Positions 54,064 to 64,000 of a DNA stretch of 64,000 nucleotides are shown here, piece after piece (within the stretch, counting starts at the first letter, position 1; each line of letters begins with the position of its first letter). The stretch covers positions 1,660 to 65,659 of the forward strand of contig JBKPFS010000107.1 of NCBI GenBank assembly GCA_046728935.1. Direction: 5' to 3'. The DNA is from Actinomycetota bacterium. GTDB lineage: Bacteria; Actinomycetota; Thermoleophilia; Solirubrobacterales; 70-9. The position numbers were made by a program, and so were the translations under genes. Below the pieces are notes generated by a model. That model was not told the origin of the DNA, made no database searches, and saw only the letters and a list, made by a program, of their open reading frames with translations.

Positions 54064-54072
54064 CGCGAGCAG

Positions 54073-54570
54073 TTAGCGCCCGAGCAGCGTCCCGAGCAGC
54101 CCGGACTGCTCCTGGCGCTTCTGGAGGTAGCACTGGTGGTACTCCTCGGCGCGCCAGAACGGCTTCGCCGGTTCGATCGCCGTCACGATCGGCTTGCGGA
54201 AGCGCCCCTGCTCGCGCTCCAGGACTCGCCGGGCCGCCTCCGCCTGCTCGTCCGAGTGGGTGAAGATCACCGAGCGGTACTGGTAGCCGACGTCGGGCCC
54301 CTGCCGGTTGAGCTGGGTTGGGTCGTGGATCTCGAAGTATTTGGAGACCAGGTCCTCGAAGCTCACCCGCTCCGGGTCGAAGGTCACCTGGCACACCTCG
54401 ATGTGCCCGGTGGTGCCGCTGCAGACCTGCTCGTAGGTCGGGTTGTCGACGTCGCCGCCCTCGTAGCCGACCGCGGTCTCGATCACTCCGTCGAGCTCGC
54501 GGAACGCCTGTTCCACCTGCCAGAAGCAGCCGGCGCCGAAATCGGCCTTCTCCGTTCTCGTCTCGCTCAC
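54073..54570 (-). CDS. msrA: Peptide methionine (S)-S-oxide reductase
   Basis: [32 protein letters not shown] and GYQYRS. The GTG at 54570 follows AAGGAGTG. The rest of ORF 54073..56124 is antisense to ilvA. Confidence 0.9.
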   Translation of the reverse strand: MSETRTEKADFGAGCFWQVEQAFRELDGVIETAVGYEGGDVDNPTYEQVCSGTTGHIEVCQVTFDPERVSFEDLVSKYFEIHDPTQLNRQGPDVGYQYRSVIFTHSDEQAEAARRVLEREQGRFRKPIVTAIEPAKPFWRAEEYHQCYLQKRQEQSGLLGTLLGR

Positions 54571-54629
54571 TCGATCACTCCTTGTCTCTCTGTCGTTTGG
54601 TCGTTCCGGCCACTCCAACGTTACGCGGC

Positions 54630-55859
54630 TCAGTGCTCGACCCTGGTGCGGAAGCCCTCCGCCTCGATCGCGTCGACCAGGCCACGCCCGGCCTCCGATC
54701 CGGCGGTCTGCAAGACGAGCTGTATCGCCGTCTCGCCGACGTGCAGCTCGATCCCCTCGCGCAGGTGCTCGACGTCGACGACATTGGCGCCGTGCGCGGC
54801 GACGATCTCGAGCAGGCCCGCGAGCGCCCCGGGGCGATCCGGCACGACCACCAGGATGACGAGCCGGCGCCCCGCGGCGGTCTCGCCCAGGTGGATGCAT
54901 TCCGTCAGCCGTGACGCGTCGACGTTGCCCCCCGACAGCACCACACAGACCTCGCCCTCCGCCGGCGCTGAGATGCGGCCGTTTACCAGCGCCGCCACCC
55001 CGACCGCCCCCGCGCCCTCGACCACGAGCTTGGCGCGCTCGAGCATCAGCACCATCGCCTCGGCGGCCTCGTCCTCCGAGGCCGTGACGATCTCGTCGAC
55101 GTAACGCTCGACCAGCGGCAGCGTCAGCTCGCCGGGGCGCTTCACCGCGATCCCGTCGCAGATCGTCTGCTTCGCGTCGATCTCGACCGGTTGGCCTGCG
55201 GCGAGCGAGGCCGGAAACGGAGCGGCGTTCTCCGCCTGCACCCCGACCACGTGCGCCTCCGGGAGCTTCGCCCGCAGCGCAATCGCAACCCCGGCGATCA
55301 GGCCCCCGCCCCCGACGGGCACAACGACGAGGCGGGTGTCGGGCGCCTGGCGGGCGATCTCGAGGCCCACCGTCCCCTGGCCGGCGATCACCTCCGGATG
55401 GTCGAAGGGCGGAACCAGCGTCGCTCCGCGCTCGGTGGCGAATTCGAGCGCCGCGGCGGCGACCTCCTCGTAGGAGCCCTCCACGAGGTGCACCTCCCCG
55501 CCGTGCCCTCGCACCGCGTTCACCTTCGCCAGTGGAGCGCGGTGGGGCATGAAGAGGTCGGCCCGGGCGCCCGCGTCGCGCGCTGCCACGGCGAGCGCCT
55601 GGGCGTGGTTGCCGGCGCTCGCGGCGACCACCCCCGCGTCCAGCTCCTCCCGGGAGAGCGCGGCGACCGCGTTGACCGCTCCCCGGAGCTTGAATGAGCC
55701 GGTGCGCTGAAGGCACTCGGCCTTGAGCGTTACGGGGGCTCCCGCGCGACGCGAGACCTCCCCGTTTCGCAGCACCGGCGTCTCGCGTACGACGCTCCGG
55801 ATCGTGCGCTCCGCGCGCTCTACGTCGTCTTCCGTGATCGAGGGCGCCGTCGCTGGCAT
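54630..55859 (-). CDS. ilvA: Threonine ammonia-lyase (PLP-dependent, single ACT-like C-terminal domain)
   Basis: TGSFKLRGA (PLP lysine), SAGNHAQ, and GGGGLIAG. Confidence 0.85.
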   Translation of the reverse strand: MPATAPSITEDDVERAERTIRSVVRETPVLRNGEVSRRAGAPVTLKAECLQRTGSFKLRGAVNAVAALSREELDAGVVAASAGNHAQALAVAARDAGARADLFMPHRAPLAKVNAVRGHGGEVHLVEGSYEEVAAAALEFATERGATLVPPFDHPEVIAGQGTVGLEIARQAPDTRLVVVPVGGGGLIAGVAIALRAKLPEAHVVGVQAENAAPFPASLAAGQPVEIDAKQTICDGIAVKRPGELTLPLVERYVDEIVTASEDEAAEAMVLMLERAKLVVEGAGAVGVAALVNGRISAPAEGEVCVVLSGGNVDASRLTECIHLGETAAGRRLVILVVVPDRPGALAGLLEIVAAHGANVVDVEHLREGIELHVGETAIQLVLQTAGSEAGRGLVDAIEAEGFRTRVEH

Positions 55860-55889
55860 CACCCACACCGTACGACGAGACCGGTACGT

Positions 55890-57217
<1,328 letters not shown>

Positions 57218-57233
<16 letters not shown>

Positions 57234-57297
57234 GCCCCGAAAGGGGCGTGTGGATGATTCTGGATGAGGGGCATTCATGCCCCGAAAGAGGCGTGTG
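57218..57297 (-). repeat. 45-bp-period tandem duplication spanning the fumC start; each unit carries the hairpin GGGGCAT-TC-ATGCCCC
   Basis: GATGAGGGGCATTCATGCCCCGAAAGGGGCGTGTG (57218..57252) and GATGAGGGGCATTCATGCCCCGAAAGAGGCGTGTG (57263..57297), with one mismatch. Confidence 0.8.
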
Positions 57298-57327
57298 CGT
57301 TCGTCATTTGGGCTGAGGCTATCGCGG

Positions 57328-57888
57328 CTATCGCGCCGACTCCGCCTGCCGCCGCTCTCGAAACGCTCGGGCCTTGGCGCGATTTCCGCAGGCCTCCATC
57401 GAGCACCAGGTCCCGGACCGGTTGCGCGAGTGGTCGTAGAACGCCCACACGCAGTCCTCCGCCCGACAGGCCTTGAGCCGCGGCCAGGTGCCCTCGTCCA
57501 TCGCGCCGTGGACGATCGCCAGCAGGCGGGCGATCACCGAATCGACGCCCTCGCACTGGGTGACCAGGTCCGATCCATCCGGATCGAAGCGAAGGCCGAT
57601 CGCCGCCTCGGCCGACTGGCGGTTGAGCTCCGCGAGCGCATCCGCAGGTGGCGGCTCGCCGGTGTTGTTCGCGAACAGCAGGGCGCGCAGGGCCTCGCGC
57701 ACGGCGGTCAGGCGCTCGAGGTCGTCGCCCTCGAACGTGTCCACCGCTGGCAGGGCGTGGGCGGAGAGCCACACCGCGGCGGCCTCCGGGTTTTCGAGCT
57801 CGTCGTGCAGCGGGTCGAGCTCGCGGCTGTTCACGAACTGACGGACCAGCTCGAGGTCCCCGGGAGCGGTGTCTTGCTTCTCGCTCAT
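57328..57888 (-). CDS. CGNR zinc-finger (ABATE-domain) protein
   Basis: The C-terminal C...C.W.F.D.S.N..WCSMEACGNRAKARAFRERR matches the CGNR zinc-finger signature. Confidence 0.85.
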   Translation of the reverse strand: MSEKQDTAPGDLELVRQFVNSRELDPLHDELENPEAAAVWLSAHALPAVDTFEGDDLERLTAVREALRALLFANNTGEPPPADALAELNRQSAEAAIGLRFDPDGSDLVTQCEGVDSVIARLLAIVHGAMDEGTWPRLKACRAEDCVWAFYDHSRNRSGTWCSMEACGNRAKARAFRERRQAESAR

Positions 57889-57949
57889 GTAACCACCATC
57901 ATAGCGTCGCCGGTTATGCTATAACTGCCGTTAGCGTTTTACTGGTTAC
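57889..57949. promoter_or_regulatory. Relatively AT-rich region with nested short inverted repeats next to the CGNR gene start
   Basis: GTAACCA (57889..57895) pairs with TGGTTAC (57943..57949). Inner palindrome GTTAT-GCT-ATAAC (57913..57925). Confidence 0.3.
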
Positions 57950-57976
57950 TCGCTCAAAACGACGTCAGGAGGCCAC

Positions 57977-58117
57977 ATGCACCCGCTGATCGCCGTCCTG
58001 TTGATGGACGCACAGCGCGCAGAGTTCAATCGCCGCCTTCACGCGTCGCGCTTCGAGGCGATCAGCCCGCCTCACGAGCGGCAGCGTATCCGCGGCCGAA
58101 GGCACTCTCGAAGCTAG
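57977..58117 (+). CDS. Candidate 46-codon ORF with a strong Shine-Dalgarno, divergent from the CGNR gene
   Basis: CAGGAGGCCAC-ATG. Translation: MHPLIAVLLMDAQRAEFNRRLHASRFEAISPPHERQRIRGRRHSRS. It overlaps the 3' end of the opposite-strand lipoprotein gene by 56 nt and has no recognisable family. Confidence 0.2.
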   Translation: MHPLIAVLLMDAQRAEFNRRLHASRFEAISPPHERQRIRGRRHSRS

Positions 58118-58532
58118 CCGCAAACGCGCCGCCGCCCGGCCGGTAGCGGGCGGCGGCGTTGATCCGGCGGACGAGGTCGGAGTGGATGCCGCCGGTGGCC
58201 GAGGCCCCCTCCTCGACCGCGCCGACCAGGTAGCCGAGCTCGACCATCGCCTGCTCGCGACCCCCGTGCCGCACCTCCTGGTTGAGGCGCGTCGCGGCGG
58301 CGATCATCGACTCCCCGACCGACGCAAGCTGGCCGGGATCCTGCGCCTCGACCAGGCAATCGCTGATCTGGGTCGAGCCGCCGAGGAGCACCTGGCCCGG
58401 CGCCGACTCGAGCGCACGCAGGTACACGGACGCGGGCGATAGACACGCCACTGGGGTGTCGGGCGCCTCGCCGGACCCGCATGCGGCGGCGGCCAGCGCC
58501 ACCGCCGCGAGCAGGCTCGCCCCGCGCCTCAT
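58062..58532 (-). CDS. Putative lipoprotein of unknown function
   Basis: The ATG at 58532 gives MRRGASLLAAVALAAAACGSG (lipobox-like). Confidence 0.6.
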   Translation of the reverse strand: MRRGASLLAAVALAAAACGSGEAPDTPVACLSPASVYLRALESAPGQVLLGGSTQISDCLVEAQDPGQLASVGESMIAAATRLNQEVRHGGREQAMVELGYLVGAVEEGASATGGIHSDLVRRINAAARYRPGGGAFAASFESAFGRGYAAAREAG

Positions 58533-58533
58533 C

Positions 58534-59328
58534 TCAGCGGCCGGTGAACCGCGGTGGGCGCTTCTCGGCGAAGGCGACCACGCCCTCGATGAAGTCGGCG
58601 GTTGCGCCCTGCTCGCGCTGGGCGTCGGCCTCCGCCTCGAGCTGACCCTCAAGGTCGGCGTAGATGCGCCGATTGAGGAGCCGCTTTGCGTTCGCGTAGG
58701 CCACGGTGGGTCCCGCCGCAAGTCGCTCGACCAGCGCCCACGCCTCGTCGATCAGCTCATCGTCGGCCACCACGCGGTTGACGAGCCCCCACTCCAGCGC
58801 CTGAGCCGCCGGAACCCGCTCCCCCAGGAGCGCCATCTCGGCCGCCCTCGCGTGGCCGGCGCGCGCCGGCACGAAGGCCGTTGAGCCGCCGTCGGGGATC
58901 AGCCCGATGTTGACGAAGGCGAGCAGGAAGTAGGACGACTCCGCGGCCAGGATCAGGTCGCAGGCGAGCGCGAGCGAGCAGCCGATGCCGACGGCCGGCC
59001 CGTTGACCGCCGCGACGACCGGCTTCGGCATCTCGCGGATCCCGATCAGGATCGGGTGATAGTTTTCGCGCAACCGAGCGCTCAGGTCGGGCAGCTCACC
59101 CTCGTTGGCCTCCCGCTGCTCGCTTAGGTCGGCGCCGCTCGAGAACCCCCGTCCGGCGCCGGTGATCATCACCGCCCGCACGCCCTCGTCGTCCCGGGCG
59201 CGCTCCACCGTCTCGAGCAGATCGAGCCCGAATTGAAGGTTCCAGGCGTTGAGCTTCTCCGGCCGGTTGAGCTCGATCAGCGCCGCGCCGTCGTGGACCT
59301 CGAAGTTGACCGTCTCGACCTCGCTCAC
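58534..59328 (-). CDS. Enoyl-CoA hydratase/isomerase family protein
   Basis: VMITGAGRGFSSGADL and AAVNGPAVGIGCSLALACD motifs. Confidence 0.9.
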   Translation of the reverse strand: MSEVETVNFEVHDGAALIELNRPEKLNAWNLQFGLDLLETVERARDDEGVRAVMITGAGRGFSSGADLSEQREANEGELPDLSARLRENYHPILIGIREMPKPVVAAVNGPAVGIGCSLALACDLILAAESSYFLLAFVNIGLIPDGGSTAFVPARAGHARAAEMALLGERVPAAQALEWGLVNRVVADDELIDEAWALVERLAAGPTVAYANAKRLLNRRIYADLEGQLEAEADAQREQGATADFIEGVVAFAEKRPPRFTGR

Positions 59329-59393
59329 GGCGGGAGCGTATTCGTCGCGGACCGTCGGGCGCCTGAAGGCACCGGCCTAGAATCTCCCCGCCC

Positions 59394-62300
59394 GTGAGCG
59401 GCTTTCGCCCCGTCGACCCGAAGCAGTCGTTCCCCGCGCTCGAGCAGGGAATCCTCGAACGCTGGCGCGAGCGCGACGTCTTCCACCGCCAGCTCTCGCA
59501 GCGCCGCGAGGCGCACTCCCCCGTGTGGAGCTTCTACGAGGGCCCGCCGACCGCGAACGGCGCCCCCGGCTCGCACCACGTCCTCTCGCGCGTGTTCAAG
59601 GACATCTATCCGCGCTACCAGGCGATGCGCGGCCACTACGTCCCCCGCAAGGCTGGCTGGGACACTCACGGGCTGCCGGTGGAGCTCGAGGTCGAGCGGG
59701 AGCTGGGAATCGCCTCGAAGGCGGAGATCGAGGCCTACGGGATCGCCGAGTTCAACCAGCGCTGCCGCGAGTCGGTGTTCCGCTACGTCGAGGAGTGGAA
59801 CCGGCTGACCGAGCGGATCGGCTTCTGGATCGACCTCGACGACCCGTACGTCACGCTCACCAACACCTACATCGAGTCGGTCTGGTGGTCGCTGCGAAAG
59901 ATCTGGGACGACGGTCGCCTCTATGAGGCGTACAAGGTCGTCCCCTACTGCCCGCGCGACGGCACCGCGCTCTCCTCGCACGAGGTCGCGCTTGGATACG
60001 AGGACGTCGAGGACCCGTCGGTCTACGTCCGGCTCCCGGTGGTCGAGGTGCCGCCGGATCAGATCCCGGAGTCGCCGGTGCAGGTCGGCGATGCGTTGCT
60101 GGTCTGGACGACCACGCCATGGACCCTGATCTCGAATGCCGCCGTCGCGACCGGCGCCGAGATCGAGTACGTACGGGCGAGCCCGCCCGGCTCGGACGAG
60201 GTGCTGATCCTGGCGCGCGAGCGCGTCGAGCCCGTGCTCGGCGAGGGCGCGCGCGTCCACGCCCATTTCCCGGGGTCCGCGCTGGCCGGGATCAGGTACG
60301 AGCCGCCGTTCACCTACATCAGCGACTACGGCCCGCGCGGCCACACCGTGCTCGAGGGCGACTTCGTCACCACCGACGAGGGAACCGGCCTGGTCCACAC
60401 CGCGATCGCCTTCGGCGAGGACGACTTCCGGCTCGGCGAGCAGTACGGGATCACGCTGCAAAACCCGGTGCTGGGCGACGGCACCTTCGACGAGCGAATC
60501 ACCGACTTCGCCGGCCGCTTCGTCAAGGACGCGGACCCGGACATCATCGAGGCGCTGCGGCGGAGCGGCAAGCTCTTCCGCGAGGAGGTCTACGAGCACT
60601 CCTATCCGCACTGCTGGCGCTGCGGCACGCCGCTGCTCTACTACGCAAAGTCGAGCTGGTACGTGCGCACGACCGATGTCCGCGATCGGATGCTCGCCGA
60701 GAACGAGCGGATCGGCTGGCATCCCGGGCACATCAAGCACGGTCGCTTCGGCAAGTGGCTGGAGGGGAACGTCGACTGGGCGCTCTCGCGCGAGCGCTAC
60801 TGGGGCACGCCGCTGCCGATCTGGGAGTGCACCCAGGACGATTGCGACGAGCGCTTCTGCGCCGTCTCGGTCCAGGACCTGCGCGAGCGCGGCGGCGAGG
60901 TCCCCGAGGACCTGCACCGTCCCGACATCGACGAGGTCACGCTGCGCTGCGCGGGGTGCGGGGGCGAGATGCGACGCGTGGTCTCGACGATCGACGCCTG
61001 GTACGACTCGGGCTCGATGCCGTTCGCGCAGTTCCACTACCCCTTCGAGGGGGAGGAGCTGTTCCGGGAGCGGTTCCCCGCCGACTTCATCAGCGAGGCC
61101 ATCGACCAGACCCGCGGGTGGTTCTACTCGTTGCTGGCCATCTCCACCCTGGTCTTCGACCAGACGAGCTACCTGCACTGCGTCTGCCTCGGCCTGATCC
61201 TCGATCCGGAGGGGCAGAAGATGTCGAAGAGCCGCGGCAACGTGGTCGACCCCTGGGAGGTGCTGGACCGCCACGGGGCGGATGCCCTCCGCTGGTACTA
61301 CTTCACCTCCCAGCAACCCTGGGCCGGCTACCGCTTCTCCGCCGACACCGTCGGCGAGTCGGTGCGCCAGTTCATGCTCACGCTCTGGAACACGTACGCG
61401 TTCTGGGTCCTGTACGCGAACGCGGAGGGGCACGGGCCAACGGACGTCGAGCAGCTGGCAGGTGGCGGGCGGCAGGTGGAGGGCGATGGACCGGCCGCCG
61501 AGCTGGACAGGTGGGCGCTATCGCGGCTCCAGGGAACGACCGCGACCGTGATCGAGCACATGGACGCCTACGACTGCACGGCCGCCGGCCGGGCCATCGC
61601 CGGCTACGTCGACGAGCTCTCGAACTGGTACGTGCGCCTGGGGCGCCGCCGCTTCTGGGAGGGCGACGCCGGCGCCTTCGCCACCCTGCGCCACTGCCTG
61701 ATCGAGGTGGCGAAGCTGCTGGCGCCGTTCGCCCCCTTCATCTCCGAGGAGATCTACGCCAATCTCACGGGCGGCGCGGCGGAGCGGTTCGAGGATGCGC
61801 CGGACTCGGTCCACCTCTGCGACTTTCCCGAGCCCGACCCGGCGCTCGCCGACCCGGAGCTCGAGGCCGGAGTGGAGGCCGTCCGGCGGGCGGTCGAGCT
61901 CGGCCGCGCGGCGCGGGCGCAGGCCCAGATCAAGATTCGCCAGCCGCTCCGCAAGGCCGTGATCGTGGCCACCGGCCCGGAGCGCGAGGCGCTCGAGCGC
62001 CTGCGCGACCTCGTCGCCGGCGAGCTGAACGTGAAGGAGCTGGAGTTCGTCTCCGAGGAGGCGGAGCTGGTGCGCTACCAGGTGAAGCCGAACTACCGCG
62101 CCCTCGGCCCCCGCTTCGGCAAGCTGATGCCGAAGGCCGCCGCCGCGATCGAGGCGCTCGACCCCGATCACGTGGCCGAGTCGCTGCGCGGGGAGCGCCG
62201 CATCGGCCTCAGCGTCGACGGCGCCGAGCATGAGCTCGGACCCGACGACGTCAGCCTGGTGATGCAGCCCCTCGACGGCTACCAGGTCGAGGCGGAGTCC

Positions 62301-62591
62301 GGGAGGGCCGTCGCGCTCGCGCTCGACCTCGACGACGAGCTGCGCCGGGAGGGACTTGCGCGCGAGGTCGTCCACGCCGTCCAGAACGCGCGCAAGGAGG
62401 CCGGCCTCGAGGTCACGGACAGGATCTCGCTGACGCTGGCTGGCGACGACGAGCTCCTCGACGCCACCCGGGCCCACGAGGCGTACGTCGCTGGCGAGAC
62501 GCTGGCGACCTCGCTCAGCTACGACGGCGCCGACGGCGCGACCGCGAAGATCGAGGGCCGGGAGCTTCGAATCTCGGTTGAGCGCGCGTAA
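59394..62591 (+). CDS. ileS: Isoleucine--tRNA ligase
   Basis: PPTANGAPGSHHV (HIGH-type), GWDTHGLPVE, KMSKSRGN, and class Ia editing-domain length. Confidence 0.95.
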   Translation: MSGFRPVDPKQSFPALEQGILERWRERDVFHRQLSQRREAHSPVWSFYEGPPTANGAPGSHHVLSRVFKDIYPRYQAMRGHYVPRKAGWDTHGLPVELEVERELGIASKAEIEAYGIAEFNQRCRESVFRYVEEWNRLTERIGFWIDLDDPYVTLTNTYIESVWWSLRKIWDDGRLYEAYKVVPYCPRDGTALSSHEVALGYEDVEDPSVYVRLPVVEVPPDQIPESPVQVGDALLVWTTTPWTLISNAAVATGAEIEYVRASPPGSDEVLILARERVEPVLGEGARVHAHFPGSALAGIRYEPPFTYISDYGPRGHTVLEGDFVTTDEGTGLVHTAIAFGEDDFRLGEQYGITLQNPVLGDGTFDERITDFAGRFVKDADPDIIEALRRSGKLFREEVYEHSYPHCWRCGTPLLYYAKSSWYVRTTDVRDRMLAENERIGWHPGHIKHGRFGKWLEGNVDWALSRERYWGTPLPIWECTQDDCDERFCAVSVQDLRERGGEVPEDLHRPDIDEVTLRCAGCGGEMRRVVSTIDAWYDSGSMPFAQFHYPFEGEELFRERFPADFISEAIDQTRGWFYSLLAISTLVFDQTSYLHCVCLGLILDPEGQKMSKSRGNVVDPWEVLDRHGADALRWYYFTSQQPWAGYRFSADTVGESVRQFMLTLWNTYAFWVLYANAEGHGPTDVEQLAGGGRQVEGDGPAAELDRWALSRLQGTTATVIEHMDAYDCTAAGRAIAGYVDELSNWYVRLGRRRFWEGDAGAFATLRHCLIEVAKLLAPFAPFISEEIYANLTGGAAERFEDAPDSVHLCDFPEPDPALADPELEAGVEAVRRAVELGRAARAQAQIKIRQPLRKAVIVATGPEREALERLRDLVAGELNVKELEFVSEEAELVRYQVKPNYRALGPRFGKLMPKAAAAIEALDPDHVAESLRGERRIGLSVDGAEHELGPDDVSLVMQPLDGYQVEAESGRAVALALDLDDELRREGLAREVVHAVQNARKEAGLEVTDRISLTLAGDDELLDATRAHEAYVAGETLATSLSYDGADGATAKIEGRELRISVERA

Positions 62592-62613
62592 GCCACCACC
62601 AGCGACCGTCGAT

Positions 62614-62653
62614 TGCAGCCTTCTCTGACCTATATAGGGCCGAAAAAGCTGCA
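62614..62653. terminator. Imperfect long hairpin in the AT-richer ileS/trxA convergent spacer
   Basis: TGCAGC (62614..62619) pairs with GCTGCA (62648..62653), enclosing the perfect palindrome CCTATATAGG (62629..62638). No clean U-tract. Confidence 0.3.
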
Positions 62654-62714
62654 TAGACCGACGCCGCGAGGCTATTCGTCACGCCAACACGGGAAGGAGG
62701 TGGGTTATGACGCG

Positions 62715-63044
62715 CTAGACGAGGGCGGGCTCGAGCTCGGCCTCGAGGCGCTTCTTCGGCAGGGCGCCGACCACGCGCTTGGCCTCGGCCCCGTCCTTGA
62801 AGAGGATCAGCGTCGGAATCGAAAGAACCTCGTAGCGGGCCGCGGTCTGCTGGTTGTCGTCGACGTTGAGGCTGACGATGCGCAGCTCGCGGTCGCGCTC
62901 CCCGAGCATCTCCTCGAGGATCGGGTGAACGACGCGGCAGGGACCGCACCAGGGCGCCCAGAAGTCGACCAGAACGGGCTGATCCGAGTCGAGCACTTCG
63001 GCCTGGAAGTTGGCGTCGGTCACGTCGGGAAGCTTGCCTGTCAC
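62715..63044 (-). CDS. trxA: Thioredoxin
   Basis: WAPWCGPCR active site, 109 aa. Confidence 0.92.
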   Translation of the reverse strand: MTGKLPDVTDANFQAEVLDSDQPVLVDFWAPWCGPCRVVHPILEEMLGERDRELRIVSLNVDDNQQTAARYEVLSIPTLILFKDGAEAKRVVGALPKKRLEAELEPALV

Positions 63045-63161
63045 TTCGATCCTCGTTTCGGTTCGTCGGATGAGGGTCCCTCTTCTACCGGATGGCCCCG
63101 CTGGAAGTCGCGATCACCGCCGGTCCCTACCTACTATACAAACTGAAGTAACGTGAGGCGC

Positions 63162-63878
63162 TCATTTGTTACGGATGCGCATCATCGGTACCCGCATGGC
63201 TGCCTCGAGCACGATCCGCCCCGTCATCTTCGACTCCCCGACGCGGCGATCCGTGAACAGGATCGGGACCTCGACCACGCGCAGCCCGGCCCGGATCGCG
63301 CGGTAGGTGGCCTCGACCTGAAACGCGTACCCGAGGGATGGGATCGAATCGAGGTCGATCGCCTCGAGCGCGGGGCCGCGCCAGACCTTGAAGCCCCCGG
63401 TCAGGTCGCGGATCCCCACCCTCAGGACCCTGCGCGCGTACGCGCTGCCGCCGCGGCTGATCGCCCGCCGCACCGCTCCCCACTCACCGACCCCGCCCCC
63501 CGGGACGTAGCGCGAGCCGAGCACGAGGTCCGCGTCCTCGGCGGCCGCGATCAGGCGCGCGAGGTCGGCGGGCTCGTGGGAGAAGTCGGCGTCCATCTGG
63601 GCGATGAGCTCGGCACCGCCGTCAAGCGCCCGGTGGAAGCCGGCGACGTACGCGGGGCCGATGCCCTCCTTTCTCCCGCGGTGGAGCACCTCGACCTCGT
63701 CGTGCTGGGCGGCAAGTCGATCGGCGATCTCACCGGTGCCGTCGGGGGAGCTGTCGTCGACGACGAGGATCCGGCCGAGGTCGGGGACCGCGTCGAGGAC
63801 GGCCCCGACCAGGCGCTCGAGATTGTCGCCCTCGTTGTAGGTGGGCAGCACCAGCCAGGCGCTTGAGCTCGCGGCCAC
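63162..63878 (-). CDS. ppm1: Polyprenol-phosphate mannosyltransferase (GT2; dolichyl-phosphate beta-D-mannosyltransferase-like)
   Basis: VLPTYNEGDNL, VVDDSSPDGTG, QMDADFSH and SRYVPGG motifs. Confidence 0.85.
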   Translation of the reverse strand: MAASSSAWLVLPTYNEGDNLERLVGAVLDAVPDLGRILVVDDSSPDGTGEIADRLAAQHDEVEVLHRGRKEGIGPAYVAGFHRALDGGAELIAQMDADFSHEPADLARLIAAAEDADLVLGSRYVPGGGVGEWGAVRRAISRGGSAYARRVLRVGIRDLTGGFKVWRGPALEAIDLDSIPSLGYAFQVEATYRAIRAGLRVVEVPILFTDRRVGESKMTGRIVLEAAMRVPMMRIRNK

Positions 63879-63902
63879 TCCGGGGAATCTAGAGTCAACG
63901 CA

Positions 63903-64000
63903 ATGGCCAAGGCGCAGATGCGAAACGCCGAGATCGCCGACGCCCTCGCGGAGCTCGCGACCCTGTACGAGCTCGACGGGGCGATCCAGTATCGCGTCCT
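63903..64000 (+). CDS. 5' end of a PolX-family DNA polymerase-like gene (runs off the window)
   Basis: MAKAQMRNAEIADALAELATLYELDGAIQYRV resembles the N-terminal helix-hairpin-helix region of bacterial PolX. Only 32 codons are visible. Confidence 0.45.
   Translation, partial: MAKAQMRNAEIADALAELATLYELDGAIQYRV

Noticed and set aside
59329-59393. Possible T-box or other leader upstream of ileS.
   Set aside because: The spacer is only 65 nt, too short for a T-box. No specifier/T-box sequence or terminator-antiterminator pair is visible.
59325-61433. 702-codon ORF antisense to ileS. Similar very long ORFs include 20338..22794, 39055..40416, 36447..37859, 22499..23563, 18291..19538 and 12686..13840.
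   Set aside because: They lie opposite genes with unambiguous family motifs, and their translations are Arg/Pro/Gly/Ala-rich low-complexity. This is the usual stop-codon-poor antisense artefact of ~70 percent GC DNA.

Overview
High-GC (Actinomycetota-like, possibly Thermoleophilia/Rubrobacteria-type; inferred from composition and gene content only) chromosomal segment. It is mostly housekeeping genes, many joined by 4-nt start/stop overlaps. Positions ~300-11000 are a decayed integration hotspot around tRNA-Arg(CCT). It holds a frameshifted tyrosine integrase, a large unknown-function gene fragment, a 5'-truncated multiply frameshifted IS21 remnant, an apparently intact IS110-family element, an orphan STAS gene, a degenerate copy of the tRNA 5' half, and a scrambled PEP-mutase-family pseudogene. 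The rest is core metabolism and envelope: tandem DUF899 genes with a divergent ECF sigma; NfeD-SPFH-GalT; a TlpA-like thioredoxin; an SF2 helicase; birA; a co-directional ccmABCD-hemA-hemC-cobA/hemD cluster; rarA; ftsH; mce; TopIB; an AMP-ligase operon; ychF; cell-wall hydrolases; gabD; msrA; ilvA; fumC; ileS; trxA; ppm1. I see no CRISPR array, rRNA or clear defense system. The most unusual signals are non-coding. Two related hairpin-bounded elements fill spacers inside the ccm operon. A possible family of 45-nt tandem hairpin units sits on the start regions of two unrelated genes. The IS110 element has a long structured non-coding end (bridge-RNA candidate). There are also several recoding or start-codon anomalies. 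All functional calls rest on motif recognition in the supplied translations; no searches were run.
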